Shown: one piece after another, positions 1 to 14,749 of the stretch
Layout of the letters: each line of letters begins with the position of its first letter
How positions within the stretch are numbered: position 1 is the stretch's first letter
Origin: Phoronis australis
Taxonomy: Eukaryota; Animalia; Phoronida
Length of the DNA stretch: 64,000 nt
Reading direction: 5' to 3'
NCBI GenBank assembly: GCA_002633005.1
Contig: NMRA01000037.1
Location: 1 to 64,000 of the forward strand
Position numbers and translations under genes: made by a program
The notes under the pieces: generated by a model
Database searches by the model: none
What the model was told of the DNA's origin: nothing
What the model saw: the letters and a program-made list of their open reading frames with translations, nothing else

Positions 1-2390
1 CAGCTATGGCTTGGAAACCAAACAGGGGAGTATAGCAAGACTGAGGGTGCCTGGTACCATTGTTAGTATCCTATTGATTATAGAGAGATCAGTTGTCTGC
101 TTTACTTGTTGGGTGTGACTGTATTCCCGCCTGTTTGTTCCTGAAGGGCCTAATCAATACGATGATGCAAAATCGTGATTTACGTTATGGAGTATTATAG
201 ATAGCTGTCAAAACCATTGCGACGTGCTACAGAGTTCTTTGGCTGTTATTGTAAAGATGCACTGGGAAACATACAAAAAATTACCGTTCGATATAATTAG
301 TGTTATTTGTTCATGCGTTAGCTGGCTGAGAAGTACAACACAATAATATGAGTGAATGTGTGCTTTGCTTTCTTCTCTAATCGATGCTATTGGGTTGTGA
401 GGTGTTCTGAGGTGGTGGAAAAAGCTTGAGTTTGAAAACTGTTGACTTGTTTTATGAGAAATGGCGACGCCATGCTATTTTGTTCACATTTTGCAAAATA
501 ATGAAACAATCATTCTTCATGGATGGAGGTTCATACATTAGGGGCATGAATTTAAGGTGATTTTTGTTGTCATTTTTGTCATGAGGGTTGCCTTTTTAGT
601 ATGGTCAGAGAGTCGTGAAGAAAAACACAGAAATGTCATTTTAGACTTTGACTAAGTAATTTTGTGCGTTTCTTGCAGTCTGTTGGGGACTAATTTTGAA
701 GACTGCACACCAAGATTTCTGGTTCAGGCCCCTTTGGATATAGCGGGTTTGACTCTAGGTGTCCGTTGTTTTCTACTTGTATTGCTAGACTTGCCACTGA
801 AACGCGGGTACATCACATGGCAACTATTCCTACAGTCATTTTCCCACCAGTAAAGTGCAACAGGATCTGTACCTGACTGACATCACTAGTGTAAGTGGGT
901 AAACAAAATGTCAGGGTACTTTAGACCTATAGGTATGTGTATGATGACTATGGATGATGACTTAATGGCTTGAAATGTAGAAAGCTGTTTGTAGATATTT
1001 TTCTCCCCTTGTTGTTGACTTTGATATTGCTCAGCTGGGTAATTATGTTCTGCCGATTCCTGTAGAGACGTAGATTTGAAAGTCTGCAGTAGGTGAGAGA
1101 TGTGTTGGCAGACCTTCGTCAATTTAGGACAGAATTTGGTGGATCTAAGGAAATTTTATGTTCTCATTTTTCTCGGTAAATAATACCTAAGCAGCTCCAA
1201 ATTAATGCTTTTTCTTGTTCTAGTTATGTAATATAGCTACCACTTAATAATACTTTGAAAAATTGTGGATATTCACAACTATGTAAGAAACCCTTGAAAA
1301 TAAAAAATTGGCAATTATTTTTGTTCGATGTTGCTGAGATTTTACGGTATCATTCATGCTTATTAAAATTGTCTACCCTATCATTAACTCCTCTGTTTTT
1401 TCTTCTTTCTTGTGACCCTTGAAAAAACTGTATTAAAAACACAGAATATTCATAGCAATAGATAAAGTAAAAAATCTTAATTTTTTAAAAAAATTATTCT
1501 AGAATTTCGAATTATTAAACGTTTTTCATCACTGTGCAGCAGTGGTTTTCATTACATCCAAAAAGTTTATGTAGAATTGTTTCTGTAAATCATTAAAATA
1601 TTACAACAAAACTGCTTGAATACCTTTATGTAATAAATGTGTGGATAAACTATATAATTATAACCAGTATTTACACGTAGTGCTTGTTATTTCAACTGAT
1701 CAAAATCTCTTCCTGTTAAGACACCCTATGTTGAATTTCATTTTGTTGATTTGCACTACGACACAACTGTCACAAAATAACATTTGAGTAATTTTGACTG
1801 TTTGTCACAATGTAGATTTGGAATTAAGAAAATGTTAGTTTTTACGCGGATGTATTTTTCCCAAAGTGAAGAACTTCTACAATAAACCCATTGCAGAATA
1901 CCTGTTACTAATTATGTAAATAGTAAACATATGTTAGACACTCTTCAGATTTAGTCAACACCCTGTTTACTTCAAACTTATATTAATATAGTTTTTTTTT
2001 TATAAAATAAAACCGACAACCTATGAATGTAAGCTCGGTTTTCTTGGAATTGCTTTGCATTAAGGGGAAACAGTTTTAAAAACGTTGATGTCGGATTTAT
2101 TGAACATGTAGATGTGTTTCTACTGTGCTTTATTGCGAAGTAACTTCTAGATAATTATGCCTACTAATGGAACATGGGCAGCAAAAATTAATTTTATAGA
2201 AATTAGCAGTAGTGCCTAGCCTCTAGCTTGGCAGTAGCAGCCGAACGTTTGTTTTAAGCACTTTTAATTGGTAAAGACACCGATCTTTTGTAATTTCCCG
2301 AATGTTTGACAGACAACGAGAATTGATGATTTGTAATAAATCACAAAAACACCATAGATTTTGTTGTTTTATACCTATGGTGAAAGTGGA

Positions 2391-2617
2391 GGAGGCAGTG
2401 TGGCCTTGTGTGATAGGTATCCCTTCTTTACTCAAGGTCGTGGTTTCAAGTTCCACTAAGGGTCACTGCTAGACCCTTGAATCAGGTTTCTAGCTCCTCA
2501 ACTCGGTTTTAACTCTTAGTTAATAAAGCATAAAAATAGTTCCAGGTGATCAGTGCAATTGGCCCATATACGCGGCTTGCGCACGTCTGGTACAATGTGT
2601 ATCAGATCGCTTCCAAT
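2391..2617 (+). mobile_element. tRNA-derived SINE, copy 1
   Basis: Head GGAGGCAGTGTGGCC with degenerate A/B boxes; shares the core ctagctcctcaRctcggttttaact..aataaagcata..ttccaggtgatcagtgca with 26717-26940 and the minus copy at about 31935-32182. Confidence 0.7.
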
Positions 2618-3919
2618 TATTTTTTATATGGTGAAACCTAATAATTTCATGAAGTATATCCCATCCAACAATAACCTCCAAATTGCGTAGTTCGAGTTTA
2701 AAACCGGTGATGCCCTCTAAAGGTTTTTTGGTTTGCTTACGTACTCATTCTCAATGACTGGCATTTACAGGAAATGTCTTAATCATGCTCTGTCCACGTA
2801 GGAAGCTGTTGATTAGCTGTGCATGGTCACAGTTGATCTGTTATTGTTTCAATGTTCTTCAGCAATTGAGGTTTGGTTACTTGTGTACCCAGGGGGGAGG
2901 GTACTCCCAAAGAACAGGTATACCGGAGCTTTGGCTCCTTGTACACCCGGGGGGGGGCTACTCTCATAGAAGAGGTATACTGGACATGTTGGTCAGAAGG
3001 GCGGCCTTGTCCAACACTAGGCCTGTTACATGAAATAAACCTATCTTTCAAAGGTGCTTTTTCTGAAAAAATCCTTTCACAAAGTTTCATTTTGGTAGTT
3101 GGAACCTTTACAAAATGTTCTTTTTTCAAACTACACAGATTTATGGAATGGTTTTTAATATCATGTCTTTGGTTAAAACTATTTGCAAAAGATGTACTCA
3201 TTTTTTGACATGTGTCATTGCTTCTTGTTTGTTAAAACTTCATCTATCCCAAAATCCTTATGAAAAGGTTTTGTTTGTGGAAGTATCCACTCTGTAACAA
3301 ATCTTTCTGATAAGGTGACTTTTTCATGGAAGCTCCCTGTAGTAACGATTACACACAGATAAAACTATTGAAATAGTAAGACCTCTTAGTTGGTCGGGAC
3401 ACATGTAGAGTTCAAGATTTAGAGACCCGATTTATAGACCAAAACAGACCAAGCCTAGTCACACAAATTGAATTACTTCACCAGGTTTGTTTTGTTGTCC
3501 TTGGTGTCTCAGACTGCCTCTGGCCTATTGGTGCCATTAAGCTTCCAATAAAAGCCTTAGTATTTATTAATATCATAAGTAACTTCCCTACAGGTACCTG
3601 AACTCCATTACTGTGGAGAAGCTTTGGTGTTAGCAGTGGTTAACCACCAAGGTTAAGTTGTTCCCATCAGCTTCAAAGTAAGACAATTAATTCAGCATTG
3701 TTATGACAGGGTGGCTGAGAATCAGCGATCTGAACAAACTAGGAGTATGGCCAATGGCAGGAACTAGTTTAGCATACGTTCAATGATTTTTTTTGATAAT
3801 GTGAAAAATCCAGCAAATACTGGGATAAATTGAATCAATGCTTATACTGCCAAAATAATAGATTAAAATAGTAACAGCTACTAATCTGTCACCCCAAGCT
3901 GTTGGCATACACAGTGATA

Positions 3920-4065
3920 CCTGTCAATAACTTTGATGGCATTGAAGTAAATCATTCCCATTGTAGCGAAGCGGTGTTAAATATACCTGTTTACTCCGGA
4001 GTAAACTCGCACTGTTAACTTTGATCCAAGACCCAAGTTAAGTGTTCCCACTGACCAGAACTTCA
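3920..4065 (+). repeat. Dispersed repeat shared with about 7410-7545
   Basis: gcaYtgttaacttYgatccaRg..aagttaa.tgttc...ctgaYca.aac is present at both loci. Confidence 0.5.
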
Positions 4066-5629
4066 CTTACAGCAAAGCTTTGGAGCCAATGGGTCAGGCC
4101 TTATTGGTGGACATTCTTAGTGCCTTTGACTGTGGCCGGCCACCTGTTGATACTAAAAAAAGTTATAAAACACCAGGGCACTTATTAATTTTAGTGGAGC
4201 TCCAGACATGTCCTCTGTTGGAGACATCTAGGGCTTGTATTTATTACTGAGAGAGATATCAGCAAATGAAGGACTGGCCAGAGTCTTGTATTTTTTAAAG
4301 GCCTCGGGTTGTAATGGAGTCCCATTGTCCAAATCTGAGCCCTGTTTGACGTGGAGTTGACTGGCGTGGGATTCCTGTCCTTGTAGTTACAATGACCTTT
4401 ATCTCTGAAATATCAGTGTTATCAATATCATTATATAGGTAATACGGTATTAATGAGTTCTTGCCTCCAAAATCCCTTATACTAAATACTCATATTTACC
4501 TAGGTTGTAAGTAATCCTCGCCTGATACAAGTTCTGTTGAACCCTGTCTGAGGGATGTAAAAATGAATATGGTTCAACCAAACTTGTTTAGTTTAGTTTA
4601 TTTATTTTCAACACCTAAGGCATAAAGTTTACAGAAGAACTTGTATACCATAGGGATAATGAAAAAATATGTATCTTAAAAGGATACTAAAACCTGTTTT
4701 GATGATTTTTGCTAAGCCTTGTTGTGTCTTGCCAATGCATCAGTGGCGATGAAAGCAGGAATCATCTAAAACTGATACTCCTATGTCAAAGATTAGATAT
4801 TATGGCTCTTGGTGGGTGATCTATCACCACAGTTGCCGTGTAATTCGCTTAAAAGAGTAGGTCACGCTTGCTCTTTTAGCGGACTTTGAAAAGAGCTTTC
4901 AAATTTCCCTCCAAACTTTTGAGTGTTGTCTGAGATTACAGAACATTGTTTAGTATGAGAAATGGGTGGAAATGTCATTTTTAATGTCTGTTAATAGGCC
5001 AAAACGCATTGTGACATCCTCTTAATAAGTCCTCATCTAAGCAATAGGTGTTAAATAAATGAATTATGAACTTGCACCAACTAATGCTTCAAAAAACTTA
5101 CCTTCTGTCATGAAATCAATTCTAGATTAAGACCTTTTACCATTAAGAAATTGATTTAAAATTTTTCTTTAATGAAAATTGTGCGATTTTTAGACTTGTA
5201 AAGAACTGGTAGTTTATAATTGCTCGAGACCAGACTTAACAAATTGACAGCATGTCGTTTCGTTCGCGGAGAATGCTCCTGAGGATTAACGGACTGTCAT
5301 TTCTTTGGTAGAACTAAAATCTCTTCTCAACCTTTTAAGGAACAAGTTGAGACAAGCTTTATAACGAAAAGTAGTCTAAATGAAAAAATAGTTAGTCATA
5401 GAATGAACAGACAACATGTATCTTGATAAAATGTTTTTTAGGGAAATTACACTGATGGCTCTTTGATGGTGGGCCATGGCATCTTGCACTGTGACAACTC
5501 GCAGTGTAACATTACTGTTCCCCGTATAAAACAACTTCTACAATTAGGGTACTTCAGAACCATTGCTCTTTCTAATTTAAGTGTTCGCAATATTTGAGGA
5601 ATCAACCAGCAAGGAAACGCATAATGTTA

Positions 5630-5750
5630 GGTACCGTATTAGTCAGATATAATGTGCCCCCCCCCAATTTGAGAACCAGTTTTCTCTACTGATTTATGGG
5701 CACCAAACTGGTTCTCATAATGTGGGCACGTCATAGCAGGCCATTGCCTT
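5630..5750. repeat. Short palindromic dispersed repeat (mini-MITE)
   Basis: Inverted arms tgagaaccagttt ... aaactggttctca; a similar inverted copy lies at about 43530-43640. Confidence 0.6.
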
Positions 5751-5974
5751 CAAGTTGTGCATGATTGAGGAGTGCGCATCCGTGTATTTGATTTAATGTG
5801 CTGCATTCCACAACACATAAAATGTTATTGCGATCTTGGCCATTACCATAACTTGCGCTACCCATTCACTGTTGGCAAATACAATTGCAGCGAGGAAAAA
5901 AGCAGTCGCTTGTGGAATAGGCAATTTAAATTTATCATGCAAAGCTTATCATGGCTGTTGTGATGTCTACTCTG

Positions 5975-6234
5975 GGGTCTGTTTCATGAAAATTAAGTGA
6001 CTTAAGACTTCACGCAGAAATTTATCCATACGCTCCATATAACCTTTTCTGAGCAAAATGGCAAGTCTCCGAGAATATTCACATAACTGTTAGTTATTGA
6101 GATATTTTTTTTATAAATTATTCCTAGACTGTGATGCACTCACATAATTACTTGTCTAAACCTTTAGTCGCCAACTGTTAAGTGGGAACATAAGACCAAA
6201 TCTCTGCTATAAGTACTGTTCATGAAACGAGCCC
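5975..6234. mobile_element. PIF/Harbinger-like MITE
   Basis: TIRs GGGTCTGTTTCATGAA ... TTCATGAAACGAGCCC flanked by a CTG duplication (5972-5974, 6235-6237). Related ends (aagtgacttaagactt, tcatgaaacaggccc) lie at about 52826-53022 and 55270-55307. Confidence 0.7.
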
Positions 6235-9200
6235 CTGCTCTTGCTGCACAAGAAAACCCGATCAGTGGATGGTGGACAATGCCTTTACCAATAGCCAGTA
6301 TCTTGAAGCAAAAACCTGGCTTTCATGTTTTGATCTGGGTTTTATGATGCACGTGTTGTATTACTGGTTTAAGGCGACCAGTTCTTGTTTCATAGGAGCA
6401 GTATTTCCATTTCAATCGTGTAGATAATGTTTCCTGATGATGATTTGTGATTAAATTGAAATATTGACCAAGAAGAAATTTCTTTCCCATATTTGTCCTC
6501 AAGTTAACAGAACATTGTCTTATCACAAAGGTTATGTATGTTTAGGATTTGAGCAAGTAACAGAAGAGGTCAGTAACCCACTCCCCTATAGAAACAAATC
6601 CATTTGATGTGAACACAATACAAATGGTTGTTAATCTCAACAACAAAGAGCCGATTAATAACGATTTGTTATGACAAATGGTACCAGCCTGTATAAACTT
6701 TGGTCACTTAACCCCAGTGTTACCACTGGTTAATTAGGGGGGTCAGTTACTAATGACTCAACTCTCATAAATGATGTCTTTATCTGGATTTGTAGCTTGT
6801 TTTTTCTCACAAAAATCTAGAACCAATTTAAGGGAACTTTTTCAGTTGCATATCGAACAAGAAGAATAGCTAATATCTATTTTCAAGTTTTCAATCTTAT
6901 GAAGTACAATGCTGGTAATGCTCAGTTTTTACTTTGTGTTGGTACATGGCAACTGGATCGGTGGCACAGCTGCGACAATCATCACCCTTGGCCGAAGGTA
7001 GCGGTGCCTTGTCCCGTTTGCCACAAATTTCACACAGCCAGTTGTGTGCCCCATCTCCAGTCAACAGATGTGCTGCCCCCTGGTTGATCCTTCCCCCCTC
7101 TCAACTTAACACCTGGAGTTGTCTGCCAATTCCGCTTGCTTCGTCTCTGAGCTGGACCGCCCAGACCATTACGAGATACCCTCGAACACTATTGCACAGT
7201 ATGCATCTGTCAAGTTGTGATGAAACGGATATTCGTATTCGTTAAAAGAGTGTTGTTGACATCACAGTCATTTTGTTTGGTTGGAACTTTCGAAATCTAT
7301 ACCTCAACTACAACTTGTTTCTAATCCAAATCGTCATTATTCGAGTAAAATATTAGCTGCTATTAGCGACGACACTACCCTTTAATTGGTGACGATAACA
7401 GTGGCTCCTGGCGATAACTTCGATGATACCGCCACCGCAGCATCGATGCTCGGCCTTTAAGTCCACTTGTTTATTGTAAGGTAACTGGCATTGTTAACTT
7501 CGATCCAGGTCTGAAGTTAACTGTTCATGCTGATCACAACTCCCCAATCAACGTCACAATAAATTGAGACCATATTCTTTGTTAGTTAGCTGATATGATA
7601 CTTAATAAACTTAATTAACAGTTAGTAAGTAATCGGGTTAAAATTATTATTATGCTATTGTCGTATGGATCAACACCCATGTTGGTTTAAAAAATATAGT
7701 GAAGGTGGTGTGATACAAGTGGTGCTTTGATACAAGTTGTATCAGCTTTGTGCAAGCTGCTCAGTCGGGCCCATTTCACCAAACTCCTGGAACCATTTTC
7801 ATTTTTTAACGTATTCAATTGTGGGGTCCAGTGTGATTTAAACGTACAACCTTGTGAACAAGAGGCAGACACTCAGCCCACTAGGACACATTGTCTCCTC
7901 TACATGTTGGTTGAGTGTCCATTTGCAGTTTTCAGAAATTCCACTTTTTAATTTACACAGCCAAGACTCTTAGATTCTTTAAAGCACCTTTAAACACCAC
8001 CAGTAATGCTTTTAGTCCCTAAAAACTTTACAACTGGTGACTACTAGAAGCAAACAGTGCATTGTTTTTATTCAGCCTATGTTTTTCGGTGTTTGACTTG
8101 GGTACGCCAGTTGACCTATTGCAAGCTCTTCCCCCTTGCGAAAAGTCGACAAACAAACAATAAGTTTTATGCGGCGACATGTTGTTTGTCAGGTAAAATA
8201 CCGGCTTGGAAACGAAGGCGTGTCAGGAAGTCTGTGTTCTGATTGGTCAGTTAAACTATCACTCAAAATTCTGGTGATAGGTCAATTGACCAGTAAAAGT
8301 GCAGTCTCATGAACCGTCCACCTCTACTTCTCAAAAATTTTTCTTTCATTTTACCCATGCTCGACATAAAGCCCACTGCCTGAGTTTCTCAATTTCAATG
8401 CCACGAGTGTTAACATTGGCGAATAGAGTAATTTGTATTGATTAAGTATAATATTTGCTTTATGTAAATAACTGCTATCAAAACTGATAATTAGTAAATG
8501 ATTATTTAAATAATCTGGTTAACAGTTGTGTTATCTTGATAATGGGAAAAAGGACCTGTGCGAGAGGTCATAACCATTTAGCCTGCAGACTAGAAATTTA
8601 GGCTTGTAATTCTAGAAGTTTTCCACTTACGGCTTGTTCCAGGGTTTCATTTCTGGCTTAGAAAATCAACTGCTGGGATTACTGACATTGTGGAGTCACC
8701 CCAAGTGTACATTTTCAGTTGGACCTCGTGGCGATGTTTTAATCAGCATGCTATTGTCAACAGCCCTATAGTCCTGCTTGGGTTATTGTAAGTCTATTGT
8801 CTCCCATGTCTGATGATGCCTGGCTCACTCGCAGGCCTTCATTCATTCAAGGTTTATTTTCCCAGCAAACACGTAGCAGTTGATGACTTTTTGCTGTCAC
8901 ACGGAATGTCCTGTTGCTCGCCGCAGGCATCGGTTACTCGGTTTTCAAACAGTTATTATGTCGAGTCGGCTACCTAGTTACGCTCACTGCATGCTGAGTT
9001 GTATTCGAATGCCCTGTTAAAAACAATTGTGCTTTCATTGACCGGAAGGCACAGAGATTGTTAGATATACATTGTTTCAAAAATGTCAGGCACGTTTGAG
9101 TGAATATTTTGTTTCCTTGGAGAATTGTGATGCCATTCAAATTTCCTGGGGCCAACATTGTGAGCTGTTTGTCGGTCCATACTAGAACATCAATTAATTA

Positions 9201-12112
9201 AGGTTTCATCAAAAATTTAGTAGTAAGTAAAAAGTGGTCAAAGGCAGGCTGAATGCAAGGCTAGAAAAATTGTTATTTTGGATAAATGCACTGAAATGCT
9301 GTTGACGCTATTAAATTTTGGCACCTTATGATACCAGGCCTTCCACACCAACGGACAGATCAGTGTTATGGAGTGTGGTTTACCGCGAAACGTTAGGGAA
9401 ACTGGTCGATTTTAAATTGGCCCTAATAAAAAAGTGGATTTCATATTGGAGCAGATGCTTTGTTGTTGGACAACAATGCATTCAAATATTCAGCATTCTG
9501 CAACTACGATTGCTTCATTTCATTTATCGTTCGCACAGACAGAATTCTTTGTAATTAAAAAAATACTCTATCAAAGCCTTTTGCTGCGTCACCCTCCGAC
9601 AACTTCAGTTACTCGATCACTAATTTTTGGGCCTGAAGAGGGAATTCCGCGCTATTTTTAAGTCTTTCTCAGAGAGGAATTAGACCACTATTCAACTTCA
9701 AAATCAAGGTATGGAAAGCCCTGACAGCTGTCATCAAAAACATATGATGAAATATTCAAAATTTTTAGCAATACACTGAGCTTTTCAAAACCTGGAATAT
9801 GACAGTTTTGGCAATTATTTTTGTTAGAATTTGAGGAAACTATGCTGATCTAGGAATTCTTGTATTTTCATTCGGAAATGGATGAACTTGCTATCTCTCG
9901 TAGTATGTACTAGCTGCTACCAAAATGAACTTCCTGCCTACTTACTCTTGTGACGATTTCATTTTTAAAAATGTGTTAAAGAATTTTCTCAAAAATTTTT
10001 ATTAAGCAAATCTCCATCTAACACGTGACTTTGCATCTAATGCCTGCTGCATGCCAGCTGCTTTTTCTCACCAACCGAGTTTGGACATTTTGTCATTCTC
10101 TGAATGCGCTATGTGAACTACAAGGCAATGTGCTGTGACAAGTGTGTCCTTCCTTTGGGGGGGTCTCGTTAATCATTGTTTAAGAAATCAGCTGGGAAAA
10201 TTGACAATTTTTGCTTTTTGCGTGGTAATTTTTTATTTACATTAGAAGACAGAAAAATCTATTTTTGTTTCCCGAAATGTTAGCTGAGGATGACAAATGT
10301 CACTGTTGCACTGTTGCCGACAAGAGGTGACACAGGAGACTAGTTTGAATCTGACATTTATCAATGTTCACTGTATATTTGTTGTCTATTATCTTCACAT
10401 CGCTGTAAAAAGTGTGCAGTAGCAGGACACTAATCAATTTTTGCCAATAACAAATAACTGACTAGTCGACTTACAGTAAAAAGTTATCCAGTTTTGCACA
10501 GCCTCTAAAATTTGTGACACTGGAATTCAAGCTGAAACGGAATTTTCTTTCCCAAAATTCAGACACTGTGTTTTTATCAACAAACTCCGAAATAAAATCT
10601 CTGAAAATAGCTTCCGAAGCAACATAATTCATCATTCATCCATCTTTTTTGAAATTCTTGAATTTGGCAGTAAATACTGCCCATTTCTAAAATTCCATAC
10701 GGTGCTCTGAACTTGACCAAAATATTAATTTTGCACCGTCTCCCAACTGAGGAATTAAATCAATTTCATTAAGTTTCTGACCACAGGTACATTTCTGTGT
10801 GGTCACAGCTAAGTGTCGGTTTCAGGTGTACTCAAAGGTCATGGTTTTTGGAGTCCTCCATCTTGTTTCTGTCTACGCCTGGTCTACTGCCATGTCATTA
10901 ACCAGTCATTATTTGTGGTATAAACATGATCTGCTTTTTACAAAGTGATCATCATGATCGTTTCTCTGCACCGGTTCTTCCTGGTTCAGTACAAGTACAT
11001 GACTAGTAAGAGCAATGTGCACTTTTGTATTTTCTGTATTAGTATTTGCTTCTTTTTATTTCATTGAACCAAAGAATTCCTATTACGTAATCTTCATGCC
11101 TGTTAGTATAGTCTCCTATTGCAAATGGTAGGTGCAAAATTGGGGTAAAGTGGAGCTTTTGCTATTCTCTCCATCCCCTCACCATTGACAATTTTTATCA
11201 CACCCAAGGTTGTCAGCTGAGACTAAAGATTGATGAAAGATGAGAGTGGAATTGTACTTGTCTGGCTTATGAGGAAACGTGACGTGATAGGAAATGTACC
11301 GTTGCGTTTTATTGACATATCATTGATTGTAGAATGTTTATTTCGAGGAAATTAAAGCTGGAAAGTGGGCTTGTGTTCTTTATTGTATTTTTTCTTTTTA
11401 ACTCGATTTTTTTACCTATTTTGATAGATTGGCTGAAGCTATTCGTTATACCGTGACCGGTGTCTTGTGTGCAGATATACATGTAGACTTGAAATTTAAG
11501 AACTGGTTGTCCAGTTTATGGAGGGTTTTCTTTGTAGTTGTTCCAACTTTCTCGTGTTTGGCGTGATTAAGGTATATGTGCGTGAATCCAGGTCATGCAG
11601 CTAGCAAAGACTGATTGATTTTTAGCGTGTTTTCTGTAAACAGGCTGAGCATGGTTGGATAAGCTATTGATTGAATCCAGTCTTTTGAGTCTACAACTGT
11701 CTCTGAGCTTGCTATTGAATGTTTGGTCATTTAGTGATCGGTCCTTCTTGGAAATGTTTTGAAATCAAGCCCACGTGGTTTATAAGGGGAAAGCAACTAT
11801 TTTTGATATAACTTTTATTTGAAATGAAAATAGTGGGTTATCTTAGACAGATATTAGTTACTGGTTCTTTGTCATTCTGTAACTTCACATGTAACAATGG
11901 AAAAGTTCGGTAAATTATCCAGCAAAAGCCCTGCACCAGCGAACGGCCTGAGTTTTGCGTCTGTATTCTCTTCTATTTACCTAAGACAATGACCAATACA
12001 GACTATGGGCAACTTTTTGTTGGGCAGTGTTTGCTCCATGAAAGTGAATGCAGGTGTAGGTTGCAGGTGGATGATGCAGACCTTATGCTGAGCCACTTCT
12101 ACTCCTCAATAG

Positions 12113-12520
12113 TGCTGTTTACACTACAAAAGTTGACACGGATCAGCTGACACAGAACGAGATGTTCCTGTGTGTAAACGGGACTGACACGGATCAAATT
12201 GACATGGCGGTGACAACTTTTGCCACCCGTTTGTGAGGTAGAGGAATTTGCGCTCAAACATCTTGTTCCGTGTCAATTATATGTCTAAACGCAAAACTGG
12301 GGCAAGGCAGAAAGGATCATCTCGCTTGTGCAATGACCTACATACGGGTTCTCTGTCTCAGCAACTCCCGCTATTTAAAAACCTGCGCATGTGCATTCCA
12401 CTCTCCAGCGTAGGTCTTGCCACAGTTAATGAGATTGCGTATGTAAACGGCCACTTGACACCGATCAAGTTGCTCTGTGTCAGTTGCACCGGGCCAAAAG
12501 TTGATGTCTACACGGGACTT
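12113..12520. mobile_element. Degenerate palindromic MITE (tttacac/gtgtaaa type)
   Basis: Inverted segments gctgacacagaac / gctctgtgtcagt and repeated gtaaacgg..tgacac motifs. Confidence 0.45.
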
Positions 12521-12645
12521 ATTGTTATGTGCATAGTTATGGGGGCAGAGAAACTGGGATTAATATCTGTCTAAGGTAACCAAGGTTATTTTTATTTCTA
12601 GTAGATGTAACATCAAAAACGGCCCTGTTTTTCTTTTAAAAGAAG

Positions 12646-14120
12646 TGATCACTATGAAACGCTCACTTTTGGAAATGAGTTCACCTAATTTTCCAGGTGT
12701 GCTACCTAGCTTAATGATTGGGAAGTTGTGTACCTGAAGGTGCTTTTCTTATCTTTTATCTGGGCTTAGACACATTGATGATTCTGAATTATAAACGGTT
12801 TACAAAACAAAAAAAGGAAAACACAAAATGACAGGAATCCATCTCTTGACCTATTTAGCTAGTGGTTTCCCCCATGGAATGATTCTGTTACTGAGTTGCT
12901 TCTTGAGATTTTGTTTGTATTTTGTCTCTTTAAAACAATTTGCAGTGCTATGTAGCTTGCCTGCTCATTGTGAAAGTTATGGTGTATGCCTGGGGTTAAA
13001 TATCTGCTATTTTTCTAAATGTGTTTCTTGTGTATAGATATCTTTTGGTCAAATTTTCTTTGAAACATTCGTTAAGGAGTAAACCACATTGGATTTAACG
13101 TGTTCGCGGATAACGGATGTCAGCAAGTCAATAGTGAGGCCCCAACTGGCCGAACACTGAGTTAACGGAATTGTCGAACTAAACCCTCGAGTGGCTCGTT
13201 GAGCATTAGTCCTTTATCCCAGGTGCTTGAGTTGGACTGGTTTCCCTGTCCGCGTGACGTCAATATGATGTCAGTTATTAGACAAATCCATTCCAATGGA
13301 AACTGATAATGATATTGACGTAGTTTTGCACGATTTTATTGATTTAATTTGAAAAACCTTTGACATCAGAGATTGTCGAGTGGGTTACNTGGTCACTATG
13401 AAACGCTCACTTTTGGAAATGAGTTCACCTAATTCTCCAGGTGTGCTACCTAACTTTATGATTGGGAAGTTGTGTACCTGAAGGTGCTTTGTTTATCTTT
13501 TATCTGGGCTTAGACACATTGATGATTCTGAATTATAAACGGTTTGCAAAACAAAAAAAGTAAAAACACAAAATGATAGGACCTATTTAGCTTGTGGTTC
13601 CCCCCATGGAATGATTCTGTTACTGAGTTGCTTCTTGAGATTTTGTTTGTATTTTGTCTCTTTAAAACAGTTTGCAGTGTTATGTAGCTTGCCTGCTCAT
13701 TGTGAAAGTTATGGTGTATGCCTAGGGTTAAATATCTGCTATTTTTCTAAATGTGTTTCTTGTGTATAGATATCTTTTGGTCAAATTTTCTTTGAAACAT
13801 TCGTTAAGGAGTAAACCACATTGGATTTAACGTGTTCGTGGATAACGGATGTCAGCAAGTCAATAGTGAGGCCCCAACTGGCCGAACACTGAGTTAACGG
13901 AATTGTCGAACTAAACCCTCGAGTGGCTCGTTGAGCATTAGTCCTTTATCCCAGGTGCTTGAGTTGGACTGGTTTCCCTGTCCGCGTGACGTCAATATGA
14001 TGTCAGTTATTAGACAAATCCATTCCAATGGAAACTGATAATGATATTGACGTAGTTTTGCACGATTTTATTGATTTAATTTGAAAAACCTTTGACATCA
14101 GAGATTGTCGAGTGGGTTAC
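12646..14120 (+). repeat. Direct tandem duplication of about 740 bp (12646-13388 and 13390-14120) separated by a single N
   Basis: Near-identical copies from tcactatgaaacgctc to gagtgggttac, with a few SNPs and one short indel. Confidence 0.95.
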
Positions 14121-14749
14121 TGAGCACTTGAAATTGGGTCGTAGAGGGTCCGGTGACTTCATTTAGAAGCCAGTTTTCTGCATTTGTATTGGGTCGCATT
14201 CCATTAAGCAGTTGTGGCTATTTTGATGACGGTGGGCAGCTGGGAAATTAGGGTATAGTTGCTCATTTAGGGAGTTGACATAAAAACGGGGCCTTTTTGT
14301 AGGCAGTATCCTTAAAAAAGACAAGTTTTTGTAGAATTTCATTCTGGGGACATTAACTTTTTTGTAAGGGAATTTATAAACCTAATAATTTGGTAGGATT
14401 TTTAAACTGCACAAAAAGATTTGTAAAAGTAAGTGCTTTTTCATAAATGAAATTTATAGTAATTGCTTTTGGAAGTTCGTTATGAAAATGTACCGTTTTG
14501 AAGAGTTTTTCACTCTTTAGGTTATCTCTCACCCACCCATTTCAGCACCAATTTCTGTGCACTTTCTGTGAGAGACCGTTCTCCCTGTGACAGGAGCCAC
14601 TTAGAATTGATTATGCAATGGACAGGTATATACAAAAGCGAATCTTAATTTTGATTACTGTATCTGTGGTGTTGAAAATCACCGAAGGAAATAATATCAG
14701 ATCTAAGTTTTAATTTGTTCCTTCTAGTTGATATTGTTTCTAAAGATGA

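Noticed and set aside
2880-3030. Twice-repeated CCC(G)nTACTC motif and overlapping 82-124 aa ORFs
   Set aside because: It looks like duplicated decayed transposon ends. I found no matching opposite terminus or protein similarity, so it is not called.
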